Shown here: one piece after another, positions 6,585 through 7,337 of the stretch
How the letters are laid out: the number at the start of each line of letters is the position of its first letter
Position numbering within the stretch: position 1 is the stretch's first letter
DNA from: a virus
Lineage: Duplodnaviria; Heunggongvirae; Uroviricota; Caudoviricetes
Length of the DNA: 7,337 bases
IMG/VR virus record: IMGVR_UViG_2671180430_000004
Strand: one strand, 5' to 3'
Made by a program: the position numbers and the translations under genes
Notes under the pieces: model-generated
The model's input: only the letters and a program-made list of their open reading frames with translations
What the model was told of the DNA's origin: nothing
The model's database searches: none

Positions 6585-7010
6585 TCAATGTACTGCCACA
6601 GCATTTCCTGCCGGGCCACCACGGTTCATCTGATTGAAACCGGCGATTGCCACTGCGACAAAATCATCAGCGTCTCTCACCAGTCGTTCATGCGTCTCCA
6701 CCAGTTCCCGAAAATAAGCTGAACTGTGGCTGCGCATTCGAGCCACCAGCGGAGGTGGCATTGCCCTTTCGATCGCAGGTAACAACGCCTGAATTTTTTC
6801 AACAGCGTCAGGGGTGTCTTTATCCAGCCAACGGAAAATCTTTTGGGTGTTGAGATAAAGCGTGTTGTGCTTGCTGTCGTTATGCAGAACCGGAAACGTC
6901 ATTCCCAGTTCGAAATAAACCCTGGTTATTTCAGCTGCCGGAACTTTTTCACCGTCCGGATGCGCCCAGGCTTTCATCGCCATGCGGATGTGTTCATGCT
7001 TGATTTTCAT
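6585..7010 (-). CDS. YdaT-family protein (CII-like regulator)
   Basis: 141 aa starting MKIKHEHI and ending AVH, matching my recollection of Rac YdaT in length and termini. The ATG overlaps the stop of the upstream gene as ATGA (7010-7007). Confidence 0.65.
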   Translation of the reverse strand: MKIKHEHIRMAMKAWAHPDGEKVPAAEITRVYFELGMTFPVLHNDSKHNTLYLNTQKIFRWLDKDTPDAVEKIQALLPAIERAMPPPLVARMRSHSSAYFRELVETHERLVRDADDFVAVAIAGFNQMNRGGPAGNAVAVH

Positions 7011-7270
7011 GAATCAACCCCCGCCGATGGTTGTGTGTTAGCCTGAAACTCAGCAGGCAAGCCGTCAGTTGGGTTGGGGTAGGTTTTACTGTCAATCTCA
7101 TGTGGGGTCACCACCCATCCCGTTGCTTCACACCAACGTAATATTTTTTCTCCTGTAAGTTTTGCACGCCCCGTTATAACGTGGCTGACCATCCCTTGGG
7201 ATGCGCCAACAATCTCAGCAAATGAACTCTGGGTTATATGAAAATGATGCAAATATTCTCCAAGATTCAT
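7007..7270 (-). CDS. Cro-like HTH regulator (YdaS family)
   Basis: ATG at 7270-7268 preceded by AGGG; the track start is a TTG at 7297. HTH segment QSSFAEIVGASQGMVSHVITGRAKLTGEKILRW. First gene after an AT-rich promoter region at the window edge. Confidence 0.65.
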   Translation of the reverse strand: MNLGEYLHHFHITQSSFAEIVGASQGMVSHVITGRAKLTGEKILRWCEATGWVVTPHEIDSKTYPNPTDGLPAEFQANTQPSAGVDS

Positions 7271-7304
7271 AATCCGCCCTATGTGATGTGTTACCAATGC
7301 ATAA

Positions 7305-7333
7305 TTAATAGCACTGTTATTTTTAAAAGTAAA
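7305..7333 (-). promoter_or_regulatory. candidate PR-like early-right promoter and operator region
   Basis: Minus strand TTTACT (7333-7328), 17-nt spacer, TATTAA (7310-7305), in AT-rich sequence with short palindromes (ATTAAT, TTTAAA). A divergent repressor gene would lie beyond the window edge. Confidence 0.3.
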
Positions 7334-7337
7334 TAGT

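Noticed and set aside
5706-7046. Plus-strand ORFs 5706..5984, 6173..6364, 6371..6637, 6647..6853, 6843..7046 and 4538..4825, 4815..5024
   Set aside because: All are antisense to the minus-strand early-operon genes, which have ribosome-binding sites, coupling overlaps and recognisable motifs.

Overview
The window reads as the early-right (replication plus nin-like accessory) arm of a lambdoid, Rac/Qin-like prophage from an enterobacterium, with every supported gene on the minus strand. In transcription order (7337 down to 1): a PR-like promoter, a Cro-like HTH gene (YdaS-like), a CII-like gene (YdaT-like), an O-like replication initiator carrying two phased GTGAC iteron arrays, a DnaC-like helicase loader, two winged-helix/Ren-like proteins, a Cys/His zinc-ribbon gene, a 123-aa cargo ORF, a 5'-truncated second copy of the zinc-ribbon gene, a QueH-like (DUF208) gene, a Hok/Gef type I toxin with its own promoter and terminator, and a two-gene operon of unknown function. 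Several track ORFs begin at TTG/GTG and were trimmed to an internal ATG with a Shine-Dalgarno. The best candidates for something new are the cargo ORF between the diverged repeats, the prophage QueH-like gene and the intragenic origin. No tRNA, rRNA, CRISPR array or transposase was seen. All family assignments are from reading motifs by eye and from memory; no database search was run.
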